DNA from: a candidate division FCPU426 bacterium
GTDB taxonomy: Bacteria; Oederibacteriota; Muellerivitia; Muellerivitales; Muellerivitaceae
DNA length: 64,000 nt
Direction of reading: 5' to 3'
Assembly (NCBI GenBank): GCA_027452205.1
Contig: DAIDGV010000024.1
Location: 30,750-94,749, forward strand
Shown here: in pieces, positions 26,044 through 35,007 of the stretch
How positions within the stretch are numbered: position 1 is the first letter of the stretch
Layout: the number at the start of each line of letters is the position of its first letter
Notes under the pieces: model-generated
Told to the model about the DNA's origin: nothing
What the model saw: the letters and a program-made list of their open reading frames with translations, nothing else
The model's database searches: none
Program-made: the position numbers and the translations under genes

Positions 26044-27351
26044 TTAGTGGTTCAAAAGGGCTTGGGCGGTCTGGATTCCCTGCTCCAGGGCCGATTCCAT
26101 GCTGCCATATTCCCACCGACCATACCGTCCCACCGAATACACATCCTGCTTTTGATAAAAACTCAAAAGCTCCTCAACGATCCCGTTACGAACATCGTCA
26201 TAAATGACATAAGCGCCCGGCAAGTCCAGATCGACCCGGGTCACAAGCTGCTTTTGGGAAGTGATCCAACCCAGTTCTTTCAGTTTTTTCACCGCATGCC
26301 GGCCTAATACCGCTGGATCTGGACGGCCACCCCGGTAAGAGAATTCCACATAGAGGGAATAATGGTTCTTGGGAGCCGCTGTCGGCACACAAGCGCTGAC
26401 CGAACCTGCCCGATGGAATTGAAATTCCTCCTCAGGGAAATAGACCCAACTATAAGGGATGGGCTGTTTCCCTTTGAGACCAAAATTGATGTTATAGATC
26501 GAAGTAGCTTTGAGTTCTTGGGCAGCCTTTCGAAGTCGCGAGGGCATGCCCTGAGTTAGCCGGACCAACTGCGGTAAAGGCAGGCTAGAGACCAAGTTCT
26601 GATAGTCGATCGTGAACCCTGACCCTAGGTAAGCTTGTTTCTTTTGAAGGTCCAGCCGATCCAAGCTGGCGCCCCTCCACAGATAAGGAAGTTCCGACGC
26701 GATGGTTTCGGGAAGCACCGAGATTCCGCCTTGGTCCGGATAAAGAAAAGTCGCATTGTAACCCGTATCCGACCATTTTTTCCTCAAGGCGCCCTCCACC
26801 ACTTCTTTTACCTTGGGCGATGGTACGAAGCGACCCATCCAATGGGTCGTCAGTTTCTCTAATGGGAATTTCCATAACTTTTGGTTGTAGGGGAACATGA
26901 AATGCTTCGAGATACCGTGTCCGAAGGAATCCACGCACCATTCCCGGAAGTTAGCCGGGGCCCGGGAGCTTGAATTGAACCGCCGATGAAGCTGAGCCTC
27001 CAAATAACCCAGGACGTTGTCCTTGGCGACCGAGGATGGTAACCCCGCGTTGTTCTCTTGGTAGGGATATTCGCTATAGGACCTTTGGCTATAGATCACC
27101 GCGTGACGGTGCCGCGTCTTGAAACTTTTACCGATGAACCGCTCCGCCCACCGATGGATCTCCGGTTTATGGAAATGCAAGAAATGCCCGGTGTAGTCGA
27201 AAGTGAACCCGTGATCCATGATGGTGCGGCACAGGCCGCCGAGGTTCTTTTGTTTTTCGACCAAGAGATAGGGTTTGAACTTGTCCGCTAGTTCCCGGGC
27301 GCAAGAAAGCCCCGCTAAACCACCCCCTGCGATCAGCGTTTCGACCTTCAT
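26044..27351 (-). CDS. FAD-dependent flavoprotein of the UDP-galactopyranose mutase / amine-oxidase superfamily
   Basis: 435 aa; N-terminal GGGLAGLSCA Rossmann motif. …TGHFLHF… resembles the UGM G-x-H-x-F-H segment. C-terminal …GRYGRWEYGSM… resembles the UGM terminal motif. Confidence 0.5.
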   Translation of the reverse strand: MKVETLIAGGGLAGLSCARELADKFKPYLLVEKQKNLGGLCRTIMDHGFTFDYTGHFLHFHKPEIHRWAERFIGKSFKTRHRHAVIYSQRSYSEYPYQENNAGLPSSVAKDNVLGYLEAQLHRRFNSSSRAPANFREWCVDSFGHGISKHFMFPYNQKLWKFPLEKLTTHWMGRFVPSPKVKEVVEGALRKKWSDTGYNATFLYPDQGGISVLPETIASELPYLWRGASLDRLDLQKKQAYLGSGFTIDYQNLVSSLPLPQLVRLTQGMPSRLRKAAQELKATSIYNINFGLKGKQPIPYSWVYFPEEEFQFHRAGSVSACVPTAAPKNHYSLYVEFSYRGGRPDPAVLGRHAVKKLKELGWITSQKQLVTRVDLDLPGAYVIYDDVRNGIVEELLSFYQKQDVYSVGRYGRWEYGSMESALEQGIQTAQALLNH

Positions 27352-28439
27352 TTTTTTTGGCCTTTTTTTGGCAGGCTGGGAGGTTCTTTCAGGAATATCT
27401 GGAAGCGACTTTCCTTGATCTTGACGATACCTTCATCCATTGGAATGAGCGCGACAAAAAGGGTGACCAGCATCAACGCGAAGAAGAACACCAGGATAAA
27501 GACTAGGGCCCTTTTTTCGGAAAGACGAACAAGAAATCCAGCCATGAGGACCAGGATAAAAGAGACGAACCAAAGGGTATGGACCGTCTGTTTGACCGTG
27601 AAGCCGATCTTGCGAAGCCGTAGGGCTAAATGATCATTGGAGCCCCGGAACATGGACCGGCCCCGGATGAAACGGATCATCATGACCAACGCGGTATCGT
27701 AGAGGGGAACGGCCAGGATAAGGACTGGAGCGCAAAGACCCACGATATTGTTCTGGGTATAACCATGGCCCATCGCTAGCGCCGAGAGGGTGAACCCTAA
27801 AAAGAGCGCGCCCGAGTCCCCCATATAAATACGGGCCGGTTGGTAATTGTAAGGCAAAAAACCCAGCACGCTGCCCGCCAAGACCGCGGCGGCCAATGGC
27901 ACATAACTATGCGCCGCCAAGGAAGGGACCATCACAAAACCTAAACAGGCGATGGCCACCACTCCGCTGGAAAGCCCATCCATGATGTCGATGATGTTCA
28001 CCGCGTTGGTCACCGCCAACACCCAAAAGATGGTCATCGCATAGGTCAGGATGGGATGGCTTGGAAGGAACTCGATCTTGAGGCCGAAGACGATCAAAAG
28101 GACCGCCGCCACGATCTCAAAGAAGAACTTCATGGCCGGGCTCAGGGAGAAAAGATCATCCACTAGACCCATCAAGGCCACGACCGTGCCGCCGATCAGG
28201 ATAGCGAAAAGGGCTTTGGTATCCGGCGGCGGGGCCAGGCTGAGCGTGCCGAAGAGGACTAGAAGGAACGAAAAATAAATAGCCAGGCCGCCCAAATAGG
28301 GGATGGGGGCTGTATGTTTTTTGAGTTGTCCGCTGGGCGCATCCAGGAATTGGGACTTCAGGGCGACCTTGCGGAAGACGGGGGTAAGCCCCAAGGAAAG
28401 GACGAAGGCGCAGATAAAGGTGATCCAGTTGGTGTTCAT
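27348..28439 (-). CDS. polyprenyl-phosphate HexNAc-1-phosphate transferase (WecA/MraY family, GT4 PNPT)
   Basis: Polytopic protein with MraY/WecA-like motifs (…IPYLGGLAI…, …NAVNIIDIMDGL…). The likely start is the ATG at 28439, which has a GGGAGG Shine-Dalgarno. The ORF track instead extends to a TTG at 28472. Confidence 0.8.
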   Translation of the reverse strand: MNTNWITFICAFVLSLGLTPVFRKVALKSQFLDAPSGQLKKHTAPIPYLGGLAIYFSFLLVLFGTLSLAPPPDTKALFAILIGGTVVALMGLVDDLFSLSPAMKFFFEIVAAVLLIVFGLKIEFLPSHPILTYAMTIFWVLAVTNAVNIIDIMDGLSSGVVAIACLGFVMVPSLAAHSYVPLAAAVLAGSVLGFLPYNYQPARIYMGDSGALFLGFTLSALAMGHGYTQNNIVGLCAPVLILAVPLYDTALVMMIRFIRGRSMFRGSNDHLALRLRKIGFTVKQTVHTLWFVSFILVLMAGFLVRLSEKRALVFILVFFFALMLVTLFVALIPMDEGIVKIKESRFQIFLKEPPSLPKKGQKK

Positions 28440-28559
28440 AGGTGTCCTCCCTGGTCTTTCGGCCACGGGCAATGGGAATCACAAAGGCATTAGAACTATA
28501 ACATAGGGCTTAAAGGCTTAACGGAACGAAAGGCTTTTTCCGGAAGCTTTTTGAGGCAT

Positions 28560-28596
28560 AAAAAAAGCCCCGGTGGGTCGGACCGAGGCTTGGAGG
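28560..28596 (-). terminator. terminator-like hairpin (bEBP gene terminator and/or attenuator in the wecA-like leader)
   Basis: Minus-strand RNA AAGCCUCGG-UCCGACCCAC-CGGGGCUU followed by UUUUUUU. It lies between the sigma-54 promoter and the wecA-like start codon. Confidence 0.5.
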
Positions 28597-28663
28597 CTGT
28601 TTAGATTGTTGATTCGTTTGAAAACCATCCAGTTGTCGCTGGCCGTTTTCACCTTTATTTAAA

Positions 28664-28678
28664 GCAACCATCGTGCCA
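28664..28678 (-). promoter_or_regulatory. sigma-54 (-24/-12) promoter
   Basis: Minus-strand TGGCACGATGGTTGCT matches the consensus TGGCAC-N5-TTGC exactly. It points toward the wecA-like gene. Confidence 0.65.
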
Positions 28679-28750
28679 ACTGGGACTTTTTTAAAAAGCC
28701 TTTAATTCGGCCCCTTTTGAAAACCCCGTGTAAAGAATTTCGTCTCAAAT

Positions 28751-28800
28751 GTGTAAAATATATTAACACTATTTACACTATGTATCAATAATTTACACTT
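28751..28800. promoter_or_regulatory. AT-rich repeat cluster, candidate enhancer (UAS) for the adjacent bEBP
   Basis: Four copies of GTGTAAA(T)/GTGTTAA in about 50 bp, including the inverted pair GTGTAAAATATATTAACAC. It lies 70-120 bp upstream of the sigma-54 promoter and immediately 3' of the activator gene. Confidence 0.5.
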
Positions 28801-30688
28801 ACGACTCCGTATGAATACCGTATTTACGGATCTTTTGATACAGCGTGGGTCGGCTGATCCCTAGCCGTTGGGCCGCTTCCTTCTTGTTGTAGCGGGATTC
28901 TTGGAGCACTTTCAGGATCATTTCTCGTTCCACCGATTGGAGTACCCCCGAAGAAGGCAAGGTCCTTTCTTCTACCGGGTTCGAGGCCACCAACAACGGC
29001 GAACCAGTCAGTTCGGCGGGCAAATGTTCGGGCCGGATGACCACGTCATCGTTCAGTGTCACGATCCGTTCGACCACGTTCTCCAGCTCACGCACATTTC
29101 CCGGCCAGCGGTATTGCTGCATGAGGACCAAGGCTTCTTTCGAAACTCCTTCGAACCGGGTCTGGCGTTTTGACTTCATTTTATCCAGGAAGTATCGGAT
29201 CAAAAGTTGAAGATCACCCTCTCTGGCGCGTAGCGGTGGCATCTCCACGACAATAACATTGAGCCGGTAAAAAAGGTCCTCACGGAAACGGCCGGTCTGG
29301 ATGGCTTGTTTAAGGTCGCGGTTGGTGGCGGCAATGACCCGTATATCCACCTTTACCGTCTCGTTCCCGCCTACCCGTTCCAGTTGGCGCTCTTGGAGTA
29401 CCCGTAAAAGTTTGACTTGGGTCGAAAGGGATATTTCCCCGATCTCGTCCAAAAAGACGGACCCCTGGTTGGCCGCCTCGAACTTACCTTGTTTTTGTCC
29501 CAGGGCTCCGGTGAAGGAACCCTTTTCATGCCCGAAGAGCTCGCTTTCCAACAGGGATTCGCTCAGTGCCGAACAGTTGATCGCCACGAAAGGTTTGTCA
29601 TGCCTGGCCGACAGCTCGTGAATGGACCGGGCCACTAATTCTTTTCCCGTTCCGTTCTCGCCCAAAATGAGTACCGTGGCGTCACTGGCGGCGGCCCGTT
29701 TGATGAGTTCTTGGATCTGTTTCATCGATCGGCTTTCGCCGACTAGATGTGTCTCTTCCCCGCGCCGTTCAGGCTTGGCGGCCGCCGCAGAGACCATGGA
29801 TTTGGACAAAGAGAAAAGGATCGAAGCCGCGTCCTTGGAGGACTTCACGAATTCCTCGTAATCCTGTTTCATCTGGCCCGTAAGGCCCTCGTGATAATAG
29901 ACCTGTCCCAGGTTATAGATAGCGTTCTTATGGTCCGGGTCTTTTTGAAGAACGGACTTGAATTCGACAATGGCTTTTTCCATTTCATTCTTCTTGAAAT
30001 AACAGACCCCCAAGTCATTCTGCAAATTCAGCTTTTCGGCGCCGTCGGGCAATATCTTCAGGGCTTTTTTATAGACCGATATGGCCTCATCGTAACGCTC
30101 CAGGGTCATCAAACAGTCGCCCAAGCCACCCAGGGCTAGGACGTTCTTGGGGCCTGTCTTTAAAGCGATCTCATATTGTTCGAGCGCGTTCTCGACATCG
30201 CCCCGCTGTTTGAAGAGCATCCCCAGGTTTAACCGGCATTGCAGTTGTAAACTCTCTTGAGTATGGAAAAGGCCTAAATAAAAACTGCCCGGAGTCAATG
30301 GATGAATGAGCCGGAGGGTCTCAGAAAAGGCGAACATGGCATCCCCCACCCGCCCCCGTTTGAGATGGATAAGACCCATGTTGAACCGGACATCCAATAA
30401 ATCGTGCCGCAGCTTGAGGGCGGTTTCGTAATGATCCAAAGCGTCATCATCGCGTTGTAAGTGGAAAGAAGCGTGCCCCATGTCCCGGAAGGCGAAGAAA
30501 CTATTCGGTCTTTTCTTGAGCGTGGCGCGAAAAAGCTCCAGGGCTTGGGCATATTCGCCTTGTTCGAAGGCATCCATGCCTTCGACCGTAGTCTTATCCA
30601 AGGGTTCATAGGCGATACCGCAGACCGGGCAAAAACGGAAAGCTTCTTGCGTACGCTCGCCACATTCCCGGCAAAGGAAGCTGTCCAT
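28799..30688 (-). CDS. sigma-54-dependent transcriptional activator (bEBP) with N-terminal zinc ribbon and TPR sensor region
   Basis: 629 aa. N-terminal CRECG…CPVCG, followed by about 300 aa of TPR repeats. AAA+ sigma-54 activator core (GESRSMKQI…[14 protein letters not shown]…[21 protein letters not shown]-like). C-terminal Fis-type HTH. Confidence 0.85.
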   Translation of the reverse strand: MDSFLCRECGERTQEAFRFCPVCGIAYEPLDKTTVEGMDAFEQGEYAQALELFRATLKKRPNSFFAFRDMGHASFHLQRDDDALDHYETALKLRHDLLDVRFNMGLIHLKRGRVGDAMFAFSETLRLIHPLTPGSFYLGLFHTQESLQLQCRLNLGMLFKQRGDVENALEQYEIALKTGPKNVLALGGLGDCLMTLERYDEAISVYKKALKILPDGAEKLNLQNDLGVCYFKKNEMEKAIVEFKSVLQKDPDHKNAIYNLGQVYYHEGLTGQMKQDYEEFVKSSKDAASILFSLSKSMVSAAAAKPERRGEETHLVGESRSMKQIQELIKRAAASDATVLILGENGTGKELVARSIHELSARHDKPFVAINCSALSESLLESELFGHEKGSFTGALGQKQGKFEAANQGSVFLDEIGEISLSTQVKLLRVLQERQLERVGGNETVKVDIRVIAATNRDLKQAIQTGRFREDLFYRLNVIVVEMPPLRAREGDLQLLIRYFLDKMKSKRQTRFEGVSKEALVLMQQYRWPGNVRELENVVERIVTLNDDVVIRPEHLPAELTGSPLLVASNPVEERTLPSSGVLQSVEREMILKVLQESRYNKKEAAQRLGISRPTLYQKIRKYGIHTES

Positions 30689-30690
30689 GG

Positions 30691-31074
30691 TCAGCCCCTT
30701 CCCCTGGGCTTTTTAGTCGCCTTTTTGGAGGCCATCTCGTTCTTTTTGCCTGTCAATTGGCGGATCTGGAGGGTGGCTAGTTTGGCGCCCTGGGGTAGGT
30801 TTGTATATCGCTTCTCCAGCTTCTGATACCAAGCCAAGGCTTCTTTGGTCTTCCCTTCTTTTTGGAGTTTGTAACCCTTTCGGAACTCCTTTTCGAACTC
30901 GATGAACTTCTCTTGCTCTTCCCGAGAAAGTTTGGTGGTCCAAAGATGGGCGAATTCGGTCAGCGCCGCCATAGTCATGAGATAGATGAAGTAGGGGGGG
31001 AAAGCGTACGCGGCCAAAAGGGCGATGATAGTCAGCCCGCCCCAATCCTCTTTTTTTAAGATGGTCTTAGCCAT
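30691..31074 (-). CDS. hypothetical small membrane protein co-transcribed with the bEBP
   Basis: One TM helix ([25 protein letters not shown]) then a Lys/Glu-rich tail. The stop overlaps the bEBP start (ATGA). The start is uncertain: ATG at 31074 with GAGGGG upstream, or the longer ORF starting at 31143. Confidence 0.45.
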   Translation of the reverse strand: MAKTILKKEDWGGLTIIALLAAYAFPPYFIYLMTMAALTEFAHLWTTKLSREEQEKFIEFEKEFRKGYKLQKEGKTKEALAWYQKLEKRYTNLPQGAKLATLQIRQLTGKKNEMASKKATKKPRGRG

Positions 31075-31442
31075 GTACCCCTCGTGTAAAAGAACCTGAC
31101 ACCTAAAGACGCAAAAGTGGCTTGCTACAGATTGAACAGTCACATTCTACGCCCGAGCTAAGGGTGCTTGAAGCTTTGGTTTTTGATTTTGCCTTAAAAA
31201 CCCAGTCTCATCCCTGCAAGCCCCCAGACAATGGCGTAAAAATGCAGCGATTCCGTAGCGCAAGGGGGCGCCTCTTGGAAAGCTTCAGTCCCCTGTTTTT
31301 TGCCAAAACCGTGTCGCTCATAACTAAGGACCCACGGGGGGATGGGTGGAGCAGTAGTCTCTCGGCATTCGTAATTTTCTGATCCACGCAGGTGCGTGGC
31401 GGGCTTAAAGGGATGAGGCTAAAAGAAAAAGTCTGCACAAAA

Positions 31443-31474
31443 CAAAAAAGCCCCGGTGGAATTCCACCGAGGCT
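31443..31474 (-). terminator. rho-independent terminator downstream of pnp
   Basis: Minus-strand GCCUCGGUGG-AAUU-CCACCGGGGC followed by UUUUUUGUUUU. Confidence 0.7.
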
Positions 31475-31494
31475 TTGGTTTTACGAGCGGATCG

Positions 31495-33603
31495 TTAATT
31501 CTTCTTATAATCCGCGATATTCAGGCCCAAGGCTTCCTTGCGGGAAAGCTTGATCTTCTTGGTTTTCGGGTCGATCCCGATGCACTTCACCAAGAGTTCA
31601 TCACCTTCCTTCAGGACGTCTTCCACCCGTTCCACCCGCTTGTTGTCCAGCTGGGAAACGTGCACCAGACCGTCTGTACCCGGAAGGATCTCGACAAAAG
31701 CACCGAAGTCCATGATCTTCTTGACCGTACCGAAGTAGACCTTACCTTCTTCCGCTTCAGCCATAAGGCCGTTGATGAAGTTTTGGGCGTTCTCGATATC
31801 TTTGCCATTGGCTGAAGCGATGGCGACCGTACCATCGTCCTCCACGTTGATATCGACCTTATAGTCTTCTTGGATCTTCTTGATCATCGCACCGCCCTTA
31901 CCGATGATGTCGCGGATCTTGTCCACGGGGATCTTCATCGAAACGATCCGGGGAGCGTAATCCGACATTTTGGTGCGAGGCGCCGACAGGCTCTTATCCA
32001 TGATATCCAAGATGGTCAAGCGGCCTTGCTTGGCCTGGGTCAGGCCCTTTTCAACGACCTCAAAAGTGAGGCCGGTGATCTTGATGTCCATTTGGATGGC
32101 AGTGATGCCTTTACGGGTACCGGCCACTTTGAAGTCCATATCACCGAAATGATCTTCCAAACCTTGGATGTCGGTCAGGATAGCGTACTTGGACAGGTCT
32201 TCATTGGAGACCAAACCTAGAGCCACACCCGCGCAAGCGCTCTTTAAAGGAACGCCGGCGTCCATCAACGACAAAGAGCCGCCGCAGACCGAGGCCATGG
32301 AGGACGAACCGTTCGATTCCAGGATATCCGAGGTCACTTGGATGGTGTAAGGGAACGAATCCGCCGGTGGCAGCAGAGGCTCCAACGCGCGTTCGGCCAA
32401 ATTGCCATGGCCGATCTCACGACGGCCCGGACTCATGATGCGCTTGATCTCGCCCACCGAGTAAGGCGGGAAATTGTAGTGAAGCATGAAACGCTTCTTT
32501 TGTTCGCCTTCGAGCTCTTCGAGGATCTGTTGATCGTCCTTCGTGCCCAGGGTCGAGACCACCAAAGCCTGGGTCTGACCACGGGTAAAGAGCGCCGAAC
32601 CGTGGGTCCGGGGCAATATCCCGACTTCGGTCGTGATCGGGCGGAATTCATCGAATTTCCGGCCGTCTTGGCGTTCATGACGGTCCAAAATGGCCTCGCG
32701 GACCAGGTCGGACTCGATGGAATGAAGGATCGATTTGATGTCCTTCTCCTTTTCCGGGTACTTTTCCTTCAAGGCCGTGACGGTCTCTTTAGCGACCGCG
32801 CTGATGGCGTCTTGACGCTTGAGTTTGTCCTTTTCCGCCATGGCGGTCTTCATCTTCACCAAAGCGAAGCCCTTCACATCCGCGACCAAAGCCGCGTCCG
32901 GCAAGACCAGGGTCAAGGCGCGTTTCGATTTCCCGGCGCGCTTCACCAGTTCATCCTGCAGGTCGATGATTTTTTGGCATTCTTTGTGGGCCAGTTTGAT
33001 GGCTTCGAGAACGACCGATTCGGACTCTTCTTTCGCCCCGCCTTCGACCATGACGATGGCCTTACGACTAGCTGCCACGATCAGATCGAGAGTGCTGTTT
33101 TCCATCTGCTTGAATGTCGGGTTGACGACCAAGTCGCCGTTCACCCGGCCAACGCGCACGCAGCCAAAACGATCGGCCACGGGGATATCCGAGACCGCCA
33201 AAGCGGCGGAAGCGGCGGAAACCGCCAAAACATCGGAATTGTTCTCTTGGTCCGACGAGACCACCGTGGCCATCAACTGGACTTCATTGAAGAAGCCATC
33301 CGGGAAAAGCGGACGGATCGGACGGTCGATCAAGCGGGAGGTCAAGATCTCGGTCGTCCGGGGACGGCCTTCGCGCTTGAACCAGCCGCCGGGGATACGA
33401 CCCGCAGCCGACGAGCGTTCGCGGTATTCAACGGTGAGCGGGAAAAAATCCTTGCCGGGCATCGGTTCTTTTGCCCCGACGACGGCGACAATGACGACGG
33501 TGTCGCCATATTGGGCGACGATCGAACCATCGGCTTGCTTGGCCATACGGCCGGTCTCAAATGACAGCGTGGTGTGGCCTAGCGTAGTGCTGACACGTTC
33601 CAT
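31495..33603 (-). CDS. pnp: polynucleotide phosphorylase
   Basis: 702 aa; two RNase PH domains, KH and S1 domains (…GRRFMLHYNFPP…, …KFGAVRIA-like C-terminus). Confidence 0.92.
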   Translation of the reverse strand: MERVSTTLGHTTLSFETGRMAKQADGSIVAQYGDTVVIVAVVGAKEPMPGKDFFPLTVEYRERSSAAGRIPGGWFKREGRPRTTEILTSRLIDRPIRPLFPDGFFNEVQLMATVVSSDQENNSDVLAVSAASAALAVSDIPVADRFGCVRVGRVNGDLVVNPTFKQMENSTLDLIVAASRKAIVMVEGGAKEESESVVLEAIKLAHKECQKIIDLQDELVKRAGKSKRALTLVLPDAALVADVKGFALVKMKTAMAEKDKLKRQDAISAVAKETVTALKEKYPEKEKDIKSILHSIESDLVREAILDRHERQDGRKFDEFRPITTEVGILPRTHGSALFTRGQTQALVVSTLGTKDDQQILEELEGEQKKRFMLHYNFPPYSVGEIKRIMSPGRREIGHGNLAERALEPLLPPADSFPYTIQVTSDILESNGSSSMASVCGGSLSLMDAGVPLKSACAGVALGLVSNEDLSKYAILTDIQGLEDHFGDMDFKVAGTRKGITAIQMDIKITGLTFEVVEKGLTQAKQGRLTILDIMDKSLSAPRTKMSDYAPRIVSMKIPVDKIRDIIGKGGAMIKKIQEDYKVDINVEDDGTVAIASANGKDIENAQNFINGLMAEAEEGKVYFGTVKKIMDFGAFVEILPGTDGLVHVSQLDNKRVERVEDVLKEGDELLVKCIGIDPKTKKIKLSRKEALGLNIADYKKN

Positions 33604-33639
33604 TCATTCCTCCTTGGAATTTTTAGGATAAAAGCGAAG

Positions 33640-33906
33640 TTATTTGCGAAGTCCCAAACGATCCAAGAGCGCGGCATAACGGTTCACATTGTTCTTTTTC
33701 AAGAAGTCCAACAGCCGGCGGCGTTGGCCGACCAGTTTGAGCAATCCACGGCGGGACGCGTGGTCTTTCGGATGGGACTTGAAATGTTCCGTGAGATAGT
33801 TGATGCGTTCGGTAACGAGAGCGACTTGGACTTCCGGGGAACCGGTATCCCCTTCCTTCTGTTTGAAATCTTGGATCAACTGGGTCTTCTTATCTTTCGT
33901 CATCAT
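33640..33906 (-). CDS. rpsO: 30S ribosomal protein S15
   Basis: 89 aa from the ATG at 33906, which has a GAGGAG Shine-Dalgarno ([14 protein letters not shown]…LLDRLGLRK). The ORF track instead extends the frame upstream to 34026. Confidence 0.9.
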   Translation of the reverse strand: MMTKDKKTQLIQDFKQKEGDTGSPEVQVALVTERINYLTEHFKSHPKDHASRRGLLKLVGQRRRLLDFLKKNNVNRYAALLDRLGLRK

Positions 33907-34107
33907 GGCGTACTGCTCCTCAAATAAAAATTTACGGATAGGCTCCCCCTGGACCAAGCCGCCGTTAGAGAGAACGGGGGCCGAGTGAAGGATCATTGCC
34001 TTCGTCTTGCGGGCAAAGCCCAGCAAGGTGCGTCATTCTAGGGAGTTTGAAAGGGGGTGTAAAGGAGATAACCCATGGAAAACCAAGGAAAAGGCCTGGT
34101 TTTGGTC

Positions 34108-35007
34108 CTATTTAAGCCCAGCCAAAGAAGCTTTCTCGATCTTCGCCAGGTCTTTCTGGATCTGCCGGACGAGGAGCCCCGATGAGGCGAATTTCTTCTC
34201 CGGGCGAAGGTAATCCAACAAGTGGACCCGCATGGTTTTGCCATAAAGCTTGCCGTAATAATGCATCAAATGTACCTCGGCCTGGCGGTGATGATCATCG
34301 TTCTGGAAAGTGGGACGGTGGCCCAGGTTCATCCCGGCCCGGTAGTACTTGGAACCAAGCTTGACCGCGGCGGCATAAACACCATCTTTCGGCAAAAGCT
34401 CCTCAGCCACTTTTAAGTTCGCCGTGCGAAACCCGATCCGGCGGCCTTCTTTTTTGCCATGCACGACCAACCCCTCGATGGAATAGGGCCGGCCTAACAT
34501 TTGATTGGCCCACTGGGTCCTTCCCTGGGCCAAGGCCTCCCGGATGCGACTGGAGGACACCACTTGGCCTTTTAACCGGACCGGCTTCACACCTTTCACT
34601 TCAAAACCGTGCTTCTTTCCCAGTTGGACCAAAGTCTTCACATCACCCTGGGCTTTGTGCCCAAAACGGAAGTTGTCGCCGATCACCACTCCTTTCAGTT
34701 GACCCTTGGAACGGAGCCACTGAACGAACTGTTCAGGAGATTTTTGGGAGAACTTTTTATCAAAACGAATGATATGGACTTCCCGCGCGCCTTTAGCCCG
34801 AAGCAGTTCAAAATTGGCGGATCGGCTCAAAAGAAAAGGGACACGCGGCCCGCCGCGAAGCACATGGATCGGATGGTCATGGAAGGTAAGGACCTGGGGC
34901 TGGGCCCGGTATTTGCGGGCCAAACGGATGGTTTCTTTCAATAAGGCTTGATGGCCCAAATGCACGCCATCAAAGACCCCGATCGTCAATATGATGTTCT
35001 TTTTCAT
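34108..35007 (-). CDS. ribF: bifunctional riboflavin kinase / FMN adenylyltransferase
   Basis: 299 aa; N-terminal GVFDGVHLGHQ adenylyltransferase motif and C-terminal riboflavin kinase domain. Confidence 0.9.
   Translation of the reverse strand: MKKNIILTIGVFDGVHLGHQALLKETIRLARKYRAQPQVLTFHDHPIHVLRGGPRVPFLLSRSANFELLRAKGAREVHIIRFDKKFSQKSPEQFVQWLRSKGQLKGVVIGDNFRFGHKAQGDVKTLVQLGKKHGFEVKGVKPVRLKGQVVSSSRIREALAQGRTQWANQMLGRPYSIEGLVVHGKKEGRRIGFRTANLKVAEELLPKDGVYAAAVKLGSKYYRAGMNLGHRPTFQNDDHHRQAEVHLMHYYGKLYGKTMRVHLLDYLRPEKKFASSGLLVRQIQKDLAKIEKASLAGLK

Noticed and set aside
31144-31494. RNase P RNA, tmRNA, SRP RNA or 6S RNA in the pnp-downstream gap
   Set aside because: None of the universally conserved motifs of these RNAs could be found on either strand; for example no GGAAAGUCCGG/ACAGNRA for RNase P and no tRNA-like CCA end for tmRNA.
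33907-34026. N-terminal extension of rpsO
   Set aside because: S15 is about 89 aa. The ATG at 33906 with a GAGGAG Shine-Dalgarno yields exactly the conserved MTKDKK… start.
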